A stretch of 64,000 nucleotides of DNA from the human T2T-CHM13v2.0 reference genome, Homo sapiens (GCF_009914755.1 NC_060941.1), one strand, 5' to 3'; shown: positions 17,350 to 31,773, counted from the first letter of the stretch. Made by a program: numbers and translations. The notes: generated by a model not told the origin, from the sequence alone.

Positions 17350-17809
17350 TTGTAGTTTTCTTTTTTATCTTTTGATAAGTATAGATGTTACCACAGGATA
17401 TTTTCCCTTCCTCCTGCTAGCTAACTTATTTCTGAAGAGTTAGTTTGAATACCCATTGAAGTAAGGGTAAAATATGAAAGCATTTTAGTCGTTGCCTTTG
17501 TTTTTTAATGGTTTTCAGATATCTAGTGGTCCGTAAATGAATGGGTTAGAACCTCACACTAATGAGTAATGAGGTCTTTTCTGTGATTCTTCCATTTTTG
17601 GCAGAGTGTTAACTAAAGCAGCAGGGGATCCGAGAAACAGGGTGAGAAGGATGTGTTTGGCAGAGAATGTCATAACCTAGCACCTCTGCAACTTTCCCAC
17701 CCGTATACCCTGATAGAAGACAAGTGAATTTAAGTTCCAGGAGACATGGGAGTATCCACTACAAGCACTAAATTTCTTTTGAAGCCATATATTTAATCTT
17801 AAAAACCTA

Positions 17810-18099
<290 letters not shown>

Positions 18100-18317
18100 T
18101 CATGAAAAAAAATCCATTCATATTTTGTAATATACCCATGTCTATTCTTTATTAATGTATTAAAAATAATAAATTACTCAACGTTAAAATTTTGTCTCTT
18201 TAGGAAACTGCACCACATTTATCCCAAGGATTCTTACGTTCTCTGCACACCTGCCTTCCCAGGGTTTGGGTACTCCAGCTGCAGGAGTGTGGTTCTGATC
18301 TGTCTCCTTTATCATAG

Positions 18318-18647
18318 GTATAATCCAGTTACCAAGAATGTGACTGTCAAGAGTGAAGGCGCTATTCAGGTCAACTTCACACTTGTTCGATCCTCAACAG
18401 ATTCAAACAATGAATCAAAGAAAGGAAAAGGGGCTAGCAGCAGCACCAATGATGCCAGTGATCCAACTACTAAAGAGTTTGAAACTTTAATTAAAGACCT
18501 TTCAGCGGAGAATGGTTTGGAAAGCCTCATGTTACGCTCCTCCTCAAATCTGGCTCTGGCTCTTTATCGATACCATTCCTACAAAGACTTATCAGAGTTT
18601 CTGAGAGGACTTGTAATGAACTATCCACATATTACAAATCTTACCAA
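18318..18647 (+). CDS. CPD: Carboxypeptidase D exon 12 (domain II-III linker and start of domain III)
   Basis: catag|G...AA|gtaagt; YNPVTKNVTVKSEG...YRYHSYKDLSEFLRGLVMNYPHITNLT. Confidence 0.97.
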
Positions 18648-18809
18648 GTAAGTGTCACTTTCTATTGTCTTTTTTTTTTTTTCAAGACAGTAAAATCAGC
18701 ATTAGCCATGTTGAATAGTTGTAATTTATATAGAAATATTTGGGAACAGAATGTACAGAGAGTTGGAGTTTACTTATTTTGCAACATGTATTTGCTTGGA
18801 GATCTTTTT

Positions 18810-19997
18810 TTTTTAATTATGCTTTAAGTTTTAGGGTACATGTGCACAACGTGCAGGTTTGTTACATATGTATACATGTGCCATGTTGGTGTGCTGCACC
18901 CATTAACTCGTCATTTACATTAGGTATATCTCCTAATGCTATCCCTCCCCCCTACCCCTACCCCACAACAGACCCCAGGGTGTGATGTTCCCCTTCCTGT
19001 GTCCAAGTGTTCTCATTGTTCAGTTCCCACCTATGAGTGAGAACATGCAGTGTTTGGTTTTTTGTCCTTGCGATAGTTTGCTGAGAATGATGGTTTCCAG
19101 CTTCATCCATGTCCCTACAAAGGACATGAACTCATAATTTTTTATGGTTGCATAGTATTCCATGGTGTATATGTGCCACATTTTCTTAATCCAGTCTATC
19201 ATTGATGGACATTTGGGTTGGTTCCAAGTCTTTGCTATTGTGAATAGTGCCACAATAAACATACGTGTGCATGTGTCTTTATAGCACCATGATTTATAGT
19301 CCTTTGGGTATATACCCAGTAATGGGATGGCTGGGTCAAATGGTATTTCCAGTTCTAGATCCCTGAGGAATTGCAACACTGACTTCCACAATGGTTGAAC
19401 TAGTTTACAGTCCCACCAACAATGTAAAAGTGTTCCTATTTCTCCACATCCTCTCCAGCACCTGTTGTTTCCTGACTTTTTAATGATTGCTATTCTAACT
19501 GATGTGAGATGGTATCTCACTGTGGTTTTGATTTGCATTCTCTGATGGCCAGTGATGATGAGCATTTTTTTGTGTGTCTTTTGGCTGCATAAATGTCTTC
19601 TTTTGAGAAGTGTCTGTTCATATCCTTCACCCACTTTTTGATGGGGTTGTTTGTATTTTTCTTGTAAATTTGTTTAAGTTCTTTGTAGATTCTGGATATT
19701 AGCCCTTTGTCAGATGAGTAGATTGCAAAAATTTTCTTCCATTCTGTAGGTTGCCTGTTCACTCTGATGGTAGTTTCTTTTGCTGTGCAGAAGCTCTTTA
19801 GTTTAATGAGATCCCATTTGTCAATTTTGGCTTTTGTTGCCATTGCTATTGGTGTTTTAGACATAAAGTTCTTGCCCATGCCTATGTCCTGAATGGTATT
19901 GCCTAGGTTTTCTTCTAGGGTTTTTATGGTTTTAGGTCTAACATGTAAGTCTTTAATCCATCGTGAATTAATTTTTGTATAAGGTGTAAGGAAGGGG
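18810..19997 (-). mobile_element. 5'-truncated LINE-1, L1PA4-like, ~1.19 kb, with perfect TSD
   Basis: ORF2 C-terminus (frameshifted) plus 3' UTR; 17-bp TSD TGCTTGGAGATCTTTTT at 18793-18809 and 19998-20014, followed by AA (TTTT/AA endonuclease site). Confidence 0.93.
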
Positions 19998-20842
19998 TGC
20001 TTGGAGATCTTTTTAATAGTGAATCTTGGGAACTTTAAGGAGAATTACTTGTTAGATTAGAAGTAGATAGCCTGTGATTCCAGGAAATGTAAAATTGCTC
20101 TTCCTGATAATTATTTTGACTGATTGTAAAACCCTTTCCATCACTCAGCTACAGATCTATTAATATGTTCTGACTAAATATTGTTTAGTTTGTTTTATTT
20201 TGCTTGGGGCAAGGGAGGAATTTAGAACTGTAAGCTCACCTGTTAGGGATTATGTGTAACTTTTTTTTTTTAATTAGAAAATGAAGCCTAGTTGCTGTCC
20301 TAATTCTAGTCTCTATTCACAGTCTCTTACTTGAAGCTTTAGGGACATGTGTGATCGTGGGTCCCAGGGAAAACATACAGTCCTGGCTTATGTAAAACTG
20401 ATAGCTGAGATAGCCTTTACCTTCACTTTGTGGTGGTTGCTCTGCCTCACTTGCACTGCTTCATTTTAGATTTTGTTACAGTTACTCCAAAATTATTTCT
20501 ATGATTTGTTGATTCCTATGGTTTGCCTGTTGTAGTTAAGGTCTTTACATTTTGCCTTGAGCATATAGTTCTCTGCTGCAAACCTCATGAACATTATTTA
20601 GCCTTTTACCTTTTTACTTTGTCTTTCTTCATGGGTCCTTTTAATTTCATCAGAAAACTTAGTTCCTCAAATTCTGATTTATAATATTCATAGATGCAGA
20701 GTGATACTTAACTTTCTTTGGCAATACCAATTACTTTTCTTCCTTAACTGATTCTTGGATATTTCTGGCTATTTCAGGTTTTAATATCATACAATCTTAG
20801 TGCCATAGAGTTCATATACTTTTTTATTTTAAAATAAAACCA

Positions 20843-21002
20843 GGCTGGGCACAGTGGCTCACACCTGTAATCCCAGCACTTTGGGAGGCCCAGGTGGGAG
20901 GATCGCTTGAGGCCAGGAGCTCCAGTTTACGTTGAACTATGATCACACCACTGTACTCCAGCCTAGGTGACAGTAAGATCCTGTCTCTAAAACAAACAAA
21001 AA
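20843..21002 (+). mobile_element. Alu monomer (left-arm start joined to right-arm end)
   Basis: ggctcacacctgtaatcccagcactttgggagg followed by ctatgatcacaccactgtactccagcct. Confidence 0.8.
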
Positions 21003-21448
21003 TTGGGCATTATTTTGCTGTCTGTTTACTTAGTTGATTTAATTTTTTTAACCTCCTAATTCAAGACACACTTTTTAGTTAAATATTTTCTCAAAATATG
21101 CCACACATGCCAGTGGTGGGGCACAAGAGAGTTTTAGGTGGTACACCAACAGGCACTAAGTACCATTGAATAGCGTCATGAGAAAGCAATAAGGTTTCTG
21201 TTAATTTTTCTCAATTTAATATGATTATTTTTTTCTGTCCAATTCTTGTAAATCTCCCTTTATGCTAAAGAAAGCAGACCTTAAGCTCAAAGCTCTTGGG
21301 CAAGCAGAGTATTTGACCATTGTTTAATTTTCATTGAATTAGTATTTTTTTCCCCACTCAAATTACTTTTACTGTGAAACTGGTGTTGCATTTATAGTAA
21401 AATATAACGTGACTTATTTACAAATATTAATTTTGATTAAAAAGGGAG

Positions 21449-21780
21449 GGCCAGGGTGGTGGCGCATGCTGTAATCCCAGCACTTTGGGAGGCTGAGGTG
21501 GGAGGATTGCTTGAGGCCAGAAGCGCTTGAAACCAGCCTCAGCAATATAGCAAGACCCTGTCTCTACAAAATTTTTTTTAAAAAATTAGCTAGGCATGGT
21601 GGTGCAAACCTGTAGTACTACTCCCTTAGGAGACTGAGGCCAGAGGATCACTTGAGTCCTGGAATTCAAGGCTGCAGTGAGCTATGATCAAGCCATTGCA
21701 TTCCAGCTTGGGTGACATAGTGAGACCCTGTCTCTTAAAAATATAATGACAATAATATAAATAAATAAATAAATAAATAA
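21449..21780 (+). mobile_element. Alu (AluJ-like)
   Basis: Dimeric Alu with (TAAA)n tail; flanking aagggagg repeat. Confidence 0.9.
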
Positions 21781-22179
21781 GGGAGGTTATCTATGTTCAT
21801 ACATACTTAAATATTTCTGTAATAAAAATTTAATTTGTGAGTTAGTACAAAATATATTAACTAAATAGTAGTGTAGATTAAAGAAGATAGGGCAAATATT
21901 GTGATGATTGTATGAGAATTACTGAATTTGGAAGGATGGTAAACTAAATCATAATCTTTCCTAAATCTTTCCTAAATCTGATAATATCATCTATTTGATA
22001 AATGTTCTTTGGTCAAGGAAAACTAATTTTCTTAAGGTTTTCTGATGCAGTGATTCACTCTTTAAAGACTTTTTAAAACTTTTTGTGTTTTGTTTTCATT
22101 TCTATTTTTAAAGTCCATAAGTCAACATTAACATAGTGCTTGATTACTTGCTGATTTTTTTGTTTCTGGTTTTTGAAAG

Positions 22180-22375
22180 TTTGGGACAGAGCACTGAATA
22201 TCGTCACATTTGGTCCCTTGAAATCTCCAATAAGCCCAATGTATCTGAGCCTGAAGAACCAAAGATTCGTTTTGTTGCTGGTATCCATGGAAATGCGCCA
22301 GTTGGAACTGAACTGCTTTTGGCTCTGGCAGAATTTCTCTGCCTGAACTACAAAAAGAACCCAGCTGTTACCCAA
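22180..22375 (+). CDS. CPD: Carboxypeptidase D exon 13 (domain III)
   Basis: gaaag|T...CAA|gtaaga; LGQSTEYRHIWSLEISNKP...AGIHGNAPVGTELL...AVTQ. Confidence 0.96.
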
Positions 22376-22684
22376 GTAAGAGAATAGCCGAGGTTGACAT
22401 GCTTTAAAAGGAAAAAGCTCAACATTAATATCAGGGCACCATTTTTAAAATTTTTAATTTCTTGCTAGATTTTACAGAGTCACTTGTAGTACATTATGAA
22501 CTTTACTCTTTAAAAATGAACCATCTTTGTAGTATATACCCTTTGTTAATAGTGTCTTTCTATTATATTTCCTTGTATGTCTTAAGAGGCATGCAGGAAA
22601 GAATACTAAAAATTTACATTCAATTTCCTACTCCGTCATTTAATAGCCACACTACCCTTCCAGTCTTTATTCATAGTTCTTTAC

Positions 22685-23049
<365 letters not shown>

Positions 23050-23202
23050 TGAAAAATCTAGTGAAAGCCTAGTTTTTCAGTATAGTTTTCTTTTTCATGT
23101 AATACATAAAAAATTATTGGACATCTTGGCTGCTAAGAGATTTTAGAAAAAGCAATATGGTGTTATCTACTTTAGCAATCTGTGACTACAGAAAAGAACT
23201 TT

Positions 23203-23504
<302 letters not shown>

Positions 23505-23639
23505 CTTTGACCCAGAGGCTTGGGCACGTATGATTAAGCATCCTAGTTGTACGTTGCCTCAGAGAAGGGAAGGAAAGAGTGAAACACTCACTAATTGGCA
23601 CTGTCCATAGTGGACTTAGGAAAGGGAAAAAGAACTGAT

Positions 23640-23830
23640 ATTTATTGAATACATATTTTGTGCTGGGTAATATACCAGGTATTTTATATACGTCATTATA
23701 TCCTCAACCCTGTGATAATGATTATCTCCATTTTATAAATGTAGAAACTGAGGCAGTCCCACAGCTAGAAACTGGTAAAACTAGAATTTAAACCCACGTA
23801 TGTCTACTTTGAAGCCCAGTGCAGTTCTGC
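23640..23830 (-). mobile_element. MIR
   Basis: MIR core: attatctccattttataaatgtagaaactgaggc. Confidence 0.65.
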
Positions 23831-23929
23831 CTCCCCAAAACAAATTGGGAAAGAATTGATGTCATGATTAGGATCAGAAGGGACCTGTGTAATTAGGTGA
23901 CATGAACTTAAATCAGACTGACCAAAAAT

Positions 23930-24106
23930 TATGTTATCTTCCTTTGTGGGACAGGTGCTCTGTGTTGCGAACTTACTCAACTCTGCCATTAGAGCACAAA
24001 ACAGTCATATGTAAATGAATAGTCATGCTTATGTGTCAGTAAAACTTTATATACAATAGCAGGCACCAACTGGATTTGGCCTGCTGTTAGTGGTTTCTCA
24101 CCCCTG
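23930..24106 (-). mobile_element. MER58A-like MITE
   Basis: actcaactctgcc...taaaactttat...ggatttggcc...cacccctg = reverse complement of MER58A motifs. Confidence 0.55.
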
Positions 24107-24337
24107 TTCTAAGTCACTGGAAGGTCTCTGGGAACATTAGCTGTACAGTAGTTTTTTGCTTATTTTTAATATATTTGAAGCAAAAGGAAATTTAATTTTT
24201 TATTTTTTCATTCATCTTAGTTCTGTCTTTTAAATTAACTATGTGTAGAATAAACAGACTTTCTGTTTGAGGCATGAGAGGGTACCCATTGATTCTACAT
24301 GCAGCTAGTAACTCGTTAATTTCTGTTTGTGCTTCAG

Positions 24338-24473
24338 TTGGTTGACAGGACTAGGATTGTGATTGTCCCTTCTCTAAATCCAGATGGGCGAGAGAGAGCT
24401 CAAGAGAAAGACTGTACTTCAAAAATAGGACAAACAAATGCTCGTGGCAAAGATTTGGATACAGACTTCACAA
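24338..24473 (+). CDS. CPD: Carboxypeptidase D exon 14
   Basis: cttcag|TTG...A|gtaaga; LVDRTRIVIVPSLNPDGRERAQEKDC...GKDLDTDFT. Confidence 0.96.
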
Positions 24474-24900
24474 GTAAGACTAATTTTTAGGCTACTAAAG
24501 TACTTAGGAGATAATTTTCTTTCTGCTAGAAGATTGATTGATCCTATTTTGTCAGTGAATAATGGAGTACTTTCTTGTCTGGGTTATGAATGTGAGGTAT
24601 AAATGAATTCAGACATCTGGAAAAGTTTTTGAATTTTTCTCCATTATTATTTGCAAAAATAATTTAAGTTTTTCATAGAAATTCAATCCATTATATTGGG
24701 ATGTTTGTTTCTTCACTAGTTGTGTAGAGATGTGTATTCTCTCTCCCCTCCTATGTATGTGTGTATGTGTATACACGCACAACACACACGTATGTATATT
24801 GATTTGGAGAGCCCTATTTCTTATTTACTTAAATGGGACCTTTTTCATTGAATATGTATCATTGACATGGTTCAATTTCAGTACTTATAGATCTCTAACA

Positions 24901-25197
24901 TTCTTTTTCTTTTTTTTTTTTTTGAGACAGAGTCTCACTCTGTTGCCCAGGCTGGAGTGCAATGGTACAATCTTGGCTCGCCTCCGCCTCTTGGGTTAAG
25001 CAATTATCCTGCCTCAGCCTCCTGAATAGCTGGGATTACAGGGACCCGCCACCATGCCTGGCCAATTTTTGTATTTTTAGTAGAGATGGGGTTTTATCAT
25101 GTTGACCAGGCTGGTCTTGAACTCCCGACCTCGGGTGATCCGCCTGCCCAGCCTCCCAAAGTGCTGGGATTATAGGCATTAGCCACTGTGCCAGGCC
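24901..25197 (-). mobile_element. Alu (AluS-like)
   Basis: Antisense dimer. Confidence 0.92.
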
Positions 25198-25370
25198 CAA
25201 CATTATTTTCTAATGGCATCTAGTATGCCATGAATCTATGACAGTACTCTTAATTTATTCAACCATTTTCTACTGATAGATATTTACTTTATTTCTGATT
25301 TTTTGCTTTTGTAAACAGTGCTGCAGAGAACACCCGGCTTTCTGAAACTCTAATTTTCTTCCAAAGATAA

Positions 25371-27644
25371 TGTATTTGTCCATTTTCACACTGCTGATAA
25401 AGGCATACCCAAGACTGGAAAGAAAAGGAGTTTTAATTTGACTTACAGCTCTACATGGCTGGGGAGGTTTCACAATCATGCTGCAGGATGAAAGCCACTT
25501 CTTACATGGTGGCAGCAAGAGAGTGTGAGAAGGAAGCAAAAGCAGATCTGATAAACCCATCAGATCTCATAAGACTTATTCACTATCACAAGAATAATAC
25601 GGGAAAGACCCGCCCCCATGATTCAGTTACCTCCCACCGGCTCCCTCCCACAACAAGTGGGAATTCTGGGAGATAAAATTCGAGTTGAGATTTGAGTGGG
25701 GACACAGCCAAACCATATCATTCTGCCACTGGCCCCTCCCAAATCTCATGTCCTCACATTTCAAAACCAATCATGCCTTCCCAACAGTCCCCCAAAGTCT
25801 TATTTCAGCATTAACTCAAAAGTCCACAGTCCAACATCTCATCTAAGACAGGTCCCTTCTGCCTCTGAGGCTGTAAAATCAAAAGCAAGTTAGTTACTTC
25901 CTAGATAAAATAGGGGTACAGGCATTGAGTAAATACAGCCATTCCAAATGGGAGAAATTGGCCAAAATGGAGGGGCTACAGGCCCCATGCAAGTTCAGAA
26001 TCCAGCAGGGCAGTCAAATCTTAAAAGTTCAAAAATTTTCTCCTTTGACTCCATGTCTTGCATCTAGGTCATGCTGATGCAAGAAGTGGGTTCCCATGGT
26101 CTTGGGCAGCTCCACCCCTGTGGCTTTACAGGGTACAGGCTGTCTCCCAGCTGCTTTCACCAGCTGGCATTGAGTGTCTGTGGCTTTTCCAGGGGCATGG
26201 TGCAAGCTGTCGTGGATCTACCATTCTGGAGTCTGGAGGATGGTGGCCCTCTTCTCACAGCTCCACTAGGCAGTACCTCAGTAGGGACTCTGTGTGGGGG
26301 CTCTGATCCCACATTTCCCTTCTGCACTGCCCTAGCAGAGGTTCTCCATGAGGGGCCTGCCCCTGCAGCAAACTTTTGCCTGGACATCCAAGCTTTTCCA
26401 TACATCTTCTGAAATCTAGGTGGAGGTTCCCAAACATCAATTCTTGACTTTTTTGCACCCGCGGGCTCAATGCCACATGGAAGCTGCCAGGTCTCGGGGC
26501 TTCCACCCATTGAAGCAACAGCCCGAGCTGTACCTTGGCCCCTTTTAGTCACAGCCGGCACAGCTGGGACACAGGGCACCAAGTCCCTAGATTGCCCCCA
26601 GCACGGGGACCCTGGGCCCAGCCCACAAAACCAGTTTTTCCTCCTGGGCCTCCAGGCCTTTGATGGGAGGGGCTGCCGAGAAGGTCTCTGACATGGCCTG
26701 GAGACATTTTCCCCATGGTCTTGGGGATTAACATTAGGCTCCTGGCTACTTATGCAAATTTCTGCAGCTGGGTTGAATTTCTCCCCAGAAAATGGGTTTT
26801 TCTTTTCTATTGCATAGTCAGGCTGCAAATTTTCCAAACTTTTATGCTTTGCTTCCCTTATAAAACTGAATGCCTTTAACAGCACCCATGTCACCTCTTG
26901 AATGCTTTGCTGCTTAGAAATTTCTTCCGCCAGATACCCTAAATCATCTCTCTCAGATTCAAAGTTCCAAAAATCTCTAGGGCAGGGGCAAAATGCTGCC
27001 AGTCTCTTTGCTAAAACATAACAAGAATCATCTTTGCTCCAGTTCCCAACAAGTTCATTATCTCCGTCTGAGACCACCTCAGCCTGGACCTTATTGGTCA
27101 TATCACTATCAGCATTTTTGTCAAAGCCATTCAACAAGTCTCTAGGAAGTTCTATGCTTTCCCACATTTTCCCATCTTCTTCTGAGCCCTACAAACTATT
27201 CCAACCTCTGCCTGTTACCCAGCTCCAAAGCTGCTTCCACATTTTTGGGTATCTTTTCAGCAACACCTGGCTCTATTGGTACCAATTTACTGTATTAGTC
27301 TGTTTTCAAACTGCTAATAAAGACATACTCGAGACTGGGAAGAAAAGGAGATTTAATTGGACTTACAGTCCCACATGGCTGGGGAGGTTTCACAATCATA
27401 ACGGAGGATGAAAGGCACTTCTTACATGGCAGTGGCAAGAGAGAATGAGAAGGAAGTGAAAGTGGAATCCCCTGGTAAACCCATCAGATCTTGTGAGACT
27501 TATTCACTATCACAAGAATAGCATGGCAAAGACCCGCCCCCATGATTCAGTCACCTCCCACTGGGTACCTCCCACAACACGTGGGAATTCTGGGAGATAC
27601 AATTCAAGTTGAGATTTGGGTGGGGGTACAGCCAAACCATATCA
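25371..27644 (-). mobile_element. Complete THE1A-like MaLR provirus (LTR-int-LTR)
   Basis: LTRs at 25371-25720 and 27291-27644 (minus strand TGATATGGTTTGGCTG...AATACA); internal region 25721-27290; 5-bp TSD GATAA/GATAG. Confidence 0.92.
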
Positions 27645-27965
27645 GATAGGTTATTTATATATTCCCTAAATTATTTTGTAAAGCTGGATATGCTTATTCT
27701 TTTTGTTTTTTTAATAAGATTTTTCTTTAACTTGCTTAGAGTCATTAGTATATACACATCCTGAAGTACATAATAAAACTCAGACTAACCTACCTTCTGT
27801 AATGTATCTTTCTTGCTTGAGATAGTGGCTTATGGAGAAATAAAATATTTATCTACAAATTTTTAAGTTAGCATTTTGATTGTATTCAAGTAGAGAATAT
27901 TTTCTTAGATACTCATACTAAGATTTAAAATTTGATATTTTATATTTGACTTTTCTCTTTTTTAG

Positions 27966-28097
27966 ATAATGCCTCCCAACCTGAGACCAAAGCCATCATT
28001 GAAAATTTGATTCAAAAACAGGACTTTAGTCTTTCTGTTGCCTTAGATGGTGGTTCCATGCTGGTCACATATCCTTATGACAAGCCAGTACAGACAG
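27966..28097 (+). CDS. CPD: Carboxypeptidase D exon 15
   Basis: ttttag|AT...G|gtatgt; NASQPETKAIIENLIQKQDFSLSVALDGGSMLVTYPYDKPVQT. Confidence 0.96.
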
Positions 28098-28882
28098 GTA
28101 TGTAGAATGTCATTTTATATATATACTGTTTAAGCTTAGGTAGCAAATCCCAATTAAGTAATGTCCCTTCCACATTTTTATAAATAGTGAGCATTTGAGC
28201 ACACTCTATGAGCAAATTACCAACCAAAGAAGATTGTACATACATCAGCAGTTCAGTTACTTGGAGAGCTCAGATCTAATGGTAGCCCAGCTTTATTGAG
28301 TCTAGCTATCTTGTTCCATCTGTTCCATTTAGTCCACAAGCATTTACTGAGCAATTATTATGTCTGTAAATATTGAGAATATAAAAGTGAGTATGACACG
28401 GTTTCTGCCTCATGAAACTCCTATGTAACCAAATACTAACAGTACAGATTTGTCCTTCCCTGTTTTAAACTTTGACTAAGTGGTTGCATCTTATGGTGAG
28501 TTAAATAGTTGGTTGTTTAATCTCTGTGGGGTCGCAGTATATGGAGATAGTTTGGGTGGTTTTCAGTGCATCTTACAAAGAATATTGTTATTAGGCTACA
28601 GTTGTCCCAAAATGCAGTAAGACATACCAAAACAAGTTTGTATTTTAGTGTGATAGTCTGTTGTGAAAACTCACCATTAGAACCTTTTCATGTAAAGAGG
28701 ATGTTTGTCTTCTATTATCTTGGGCTAAATAAAACCTTTTAGGGTTAATTATAGTAACAGTATACTTAAGTGGAGTGCAAAATTTATTAGGAGAAAAAGA
28801 TGACTTGTATCCATGAAGGTTAACTTGGGGGAAAAAAATCATTTGGATTTCTCCACTGACTTCTAAATTTTTCTTTCTATAG

Positions 28883-28978
28883 TGGAAAATAAAGAGACTC
28901 TGAAGCATTTGGCATCTCTTTATGCAAATAATCATCCATCCATGCACATGGGTCAGCCCAGTTGCCCAAATAAATCAG
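28883..28978 (+). CDS. CPD: Carboxypeptidase D exon 16
   Basis: ctatag|TG...TCAG|gtagat; (V)ENKETLKHLASLYANNHPSMHMGQPSCPNKS. Confidence 0.96.
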
Positions 28979-29088
28979 GTAGATGTTTTCCATACCTTTT
29001 GTTATTGCTGTTGTTGTTGTTGCTTTTGTGGGGAAAGGAGTTTCACCTTAAGGTCTTCCTGATTCCACATCTCTTAATGCTTTTATAG

Positions 29089-29153
29089 ATGAGAATATTC
29101 CAGGAGGAGTAATGCGTGGAGCAGAATGGCATAGTCACCTGGGCAGCATGAAG
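29089..29153 (+). CDS. CPD: Carboxypeptidase D exon 17
   Basis: ttatag|AT...AAG|gtatgc; (D)ENIPGGVMRGAEWHSHLGSMK. Confidence 0.96.
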
Positions 29154-29188
29154 GTATGCTTTCTAGAACATGGTTAGAATGGAGTTAT

Positions 29189-29472
29189 GGCCAGGCACAA
29201 TGCCGTATGTGTAAACCCAGTGCTTTGGGAGGCCAAGGCAGGTGGATTTTCTGAGTTTGGGAGTTCAAGACCAGCCTGGCCAACATGGTGAAACCCCATT
29301 TCTACTAAAAATATAAAAATTAGCTGGGTGTGGTGGCAGACGCCCGTAATCCCAGCTACTTGGGAGGCTGAGTCAGGAGAATCGCTTGAACCTGGGAGGC
29401 GGAGGTTGCAGTGAGTCGAGCCGAGATCGCACTACTGCACTCCAGCCTGGGCAACAGAGCAAGATTCCATCT

Positions 29473-29496
<24 letters not shown>
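29189..29496 (+). mobile_element. Alu (AluS-like)
   Basis: Dimer; TSD agaatggagtt. Confidence 0.92.
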
Positions 29497-29503
<7 letters not shown>

Positions 29504-30292
29504 GTTTATGAATATCAGCCATTGAGTACAAGAATAGGTGACTTTTCTGGTATTGTAAAGTGAATGGCATCTGCCTCATGGCTTTCTTGACATGTTTAGC
29601 CCTTACATTAACCCGACAGTACTTTTTTGGCCATTTTAACCATTTTTAATTGTACAGTTTAGTGACATTAATTAAATGTTGTGCCCCAAAAACCATATCT
29701 ATTTCCAAAACTTCATTTGCCCCAGACAGAAACTCTGTACCCACTAAGCAATAACTCCCTATTCCCCTCTCCCACGGCTCCTGGAACCCCTGTCTACTTT
29801 CTGCCTCTATGAATTTGCCTATTCTAGGTATTTCATGTAAGTAGAATCATACAATATTTACCCTTTCACTTAGCAAAATGTTTTTAGGATTCATCCATTT
29901 TAGAGCATGTATCATTACTTCATTCATTTTTATGGCTGAATAATATTCTATTTATGTTTATACCACATTTTATTTGTTAATTCATGTGTCAATGGGCACT
30001 TGGATTTCTACTTTTTGGCTGTTGCAAATGATGTTGCCATGAAGATTGGTATTGCAGGTATCTGTTTGAACCCTGTGCTGCCATGAACATTGGTATTACA
30101 AGTATCTGTCACTTCTTTGGGGTAGATACCTAGGAGTGGAATTGCCTGGTTATATTGTAAGTCTATGTTTCACCTTTTGAGGAACCACCAAACTGTTTTC
30201 CACAGCAGCTGCACCATTTTACATTCCTTACCAGCAATGTTTGAGGTTTCCAATTTTCCCATATCCTCTCCTCACCAACACTTATTTGCTGG

Positions 30293-30845
<553 letters not shown>

Positions 30846-31063
30846 CCCATTCTGGATGCTGTGTATTCTAGATAGGAAATTCTTATCAGATACATGATTT
30901 GCAAGTATTTTCTCCTATTCTTTAGGTTACCTTTTAAATTTCTTGATTATGTCCTTTGATACATGAGTTTTTAATTGTAACGAAATCCAGTGTACCTGTT
31001 TTTGTTGTTGTTGCTTTTGCAGTTGTTATCCTATCTAAGGATCTGTTGCTAAATCCAAGGTCA

Positions 31064-31514
<451 letters not shown>

Positions 31515-31773
31515 GAGTTTTATGGATCAAGCTGCCATATTTCAGTCATTGATGCAGTTTATTTTTTATGGTATGAAGTAGGAGTTCAACTTCGTTTGTT
31601 TGTATGTAGAAATTCAGTTGTGTCAGCACTATTTGTTGAAAGACTATTCTTTCCCCACTGAATGGTTTTGGTATCCTTCCCAAAAATGAGTTTACCATAG
31701 ATGTGTGGATTTATTTCTGGACTCTCAATTCTATTCCATTGGTCTATATGTTTGCCTTTATGCCAGTATCACT

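Noticed and set aside
19020-19879. 204-aa and 120-aa minus-strand ORFs
   Set aside because: Frameshifted C-terminal pieces of L1 ORF2p in a 1.2-kb truncated element; not genes
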